DNA of 17,728 nucleotides from Caldisericaceae bacterium (lineage in GTDB: Bacteria > Caldisericota > Caldisericia > Caldisericales > Caldisericaceae), in contig JBMFRX010000021.1 in NCBI GenBank assembly GCA_049967855.1, forward strand, positions 1-17,728. The letters run 5' to 3'. This document shows positions 17,347 through 17,728 of this stretch, piece by piece (the stretch's first letter is position 1; each line of letters begins with the position of its first letter). The notes under the pieces were generated by a model. It had not been told where the DNA came from. It worked only from the letters and a program-made list of their open reading frames with translations, and did no database searches. The position numbers were made by a program, and so were the translations under genes.

Positions 17347-17655
17347 TTAGATCTTAATCTCTACTTCAACACCCTGGGGAATGTCCATATCAGCAAGTTT
17401 TTGAGTTATCTCAGGTGTGGCATCTGATATTTCAATTAGGCGTTTATGTACACAGATTTCAAATGCTTCCTGGGAATCTTTGTCGATATTAGGAGCTCTT
17501 AAGACGTTGAAAACAGTTCTCTTGGTTGGAAGTGGTATTGGACCAGAAACACTAGCCCCGCTCGCCTTTGCAACTTCAACAATCTTAGCAGACCAGAGGT
17601 CGACAATCTTATTATCAAAGCCTTTTAGTCTGATTCGAATCTTTTCTTTTTTCAT
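17347..17655 (-). CDS. rpsJ: 30S ribosomal protein S10
   Basis: KIRIRLKGFD, GPIPLPTK, HKRLI, GVEVEIK. Confidence 0.97.
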   Translation of the reverse strand: MKKEKIRIRLKGFDNKIVDLWSAKIVEVAKASGASVSGPIPLPTKRTVFNVLRAPNIDKDSQEAFEICVHKRLIEISDATPEITQKLADMDIPQGVEVEIKI

Positions 17656-17664
17656 TTTTCACCT

Positions 17665-17728
17665 TTATTCAATAACCTTAGTTATTACTCCTGCTCCTAC
17701 AGTTCTGCCGCCTTCACGGATAGCAAAT
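17665..17728 (-). CDS. tuf: Elongation factor Tu, C-terminal 20 codons (5' truncated by window edge)
   Basis: Minus strand translates to FAIREGGRTVGAGVITKVIE*, the conserved EF-Tu C-terminus. TAA at 17665-17667. Confidence 0.96.
   Translation of the reverse strand, partial: FAIREGGRTVGAGVITKVIE

Noticed and set aside
12026..17347. Longer ORF-track starts for rplE (12032), rpmC (13221), rpsC (14314), rplW (16092) and rplC (17347)
   Set aside because: The extra codons coincide with SD sequences or upstream genes. Downstream ATGs have proper RBS spacing and family-typical N-termini.
1..17728. RNA genes, riboswitches, CRISPR arrays, IS elements, inteins, introns or programmed frameshifts
   Set aside because: The window is essentially all coding with gaps of 23 bp or less. 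Proteins are near expected length with continuous frames, and I saw no periodic repeats by eye.

Overview
The window is one uninterrupted minus-strand run of 35 core housekeeping genes, the bacterial str/S10-spc-alpha ribosomal protein superoperon. In transcription order (right to left): 3' end of tuf, rpsJ-rplC-rplD-rplW-rplB-rpsS-rplV-rpsC-rplP-rpmC-rpsQ-rplN-rplX-rplE-rpsN(type Z)-rpsH-rplF-rplR-rpsE-rplO-secY-adk-map-infA-rpmJ-rpsM-rpsK-rpsD-rpoA-rplQ, then an ECF transporter module (ecfA1-ecfA2-ecfT) and truA, which runs off the left edge. tuf, rpmJ and truA are missing from the supplied ORF track and were read by hand. I see no RNA genes, mobile elements, CRISPR arrays or notable repeats, and no evidence of a new multi-gene system. 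The points of interest lie inside the conserved scaffold. The adenylate kinase has three coordinated changes around its Mg/phosphate site (GKDT, ASGS, NGFPR). rpmD (uL30) is absent. No intergenic gap exceeds about 23 bp, leaving no room for regulatory leaders. Many normally well-conserved residues of ribosomal proteins, RpoA and TruA are replaced, suggesting a long-branch lineage. Comparisons to consensus motifs are from memory of these families, not from alignments.
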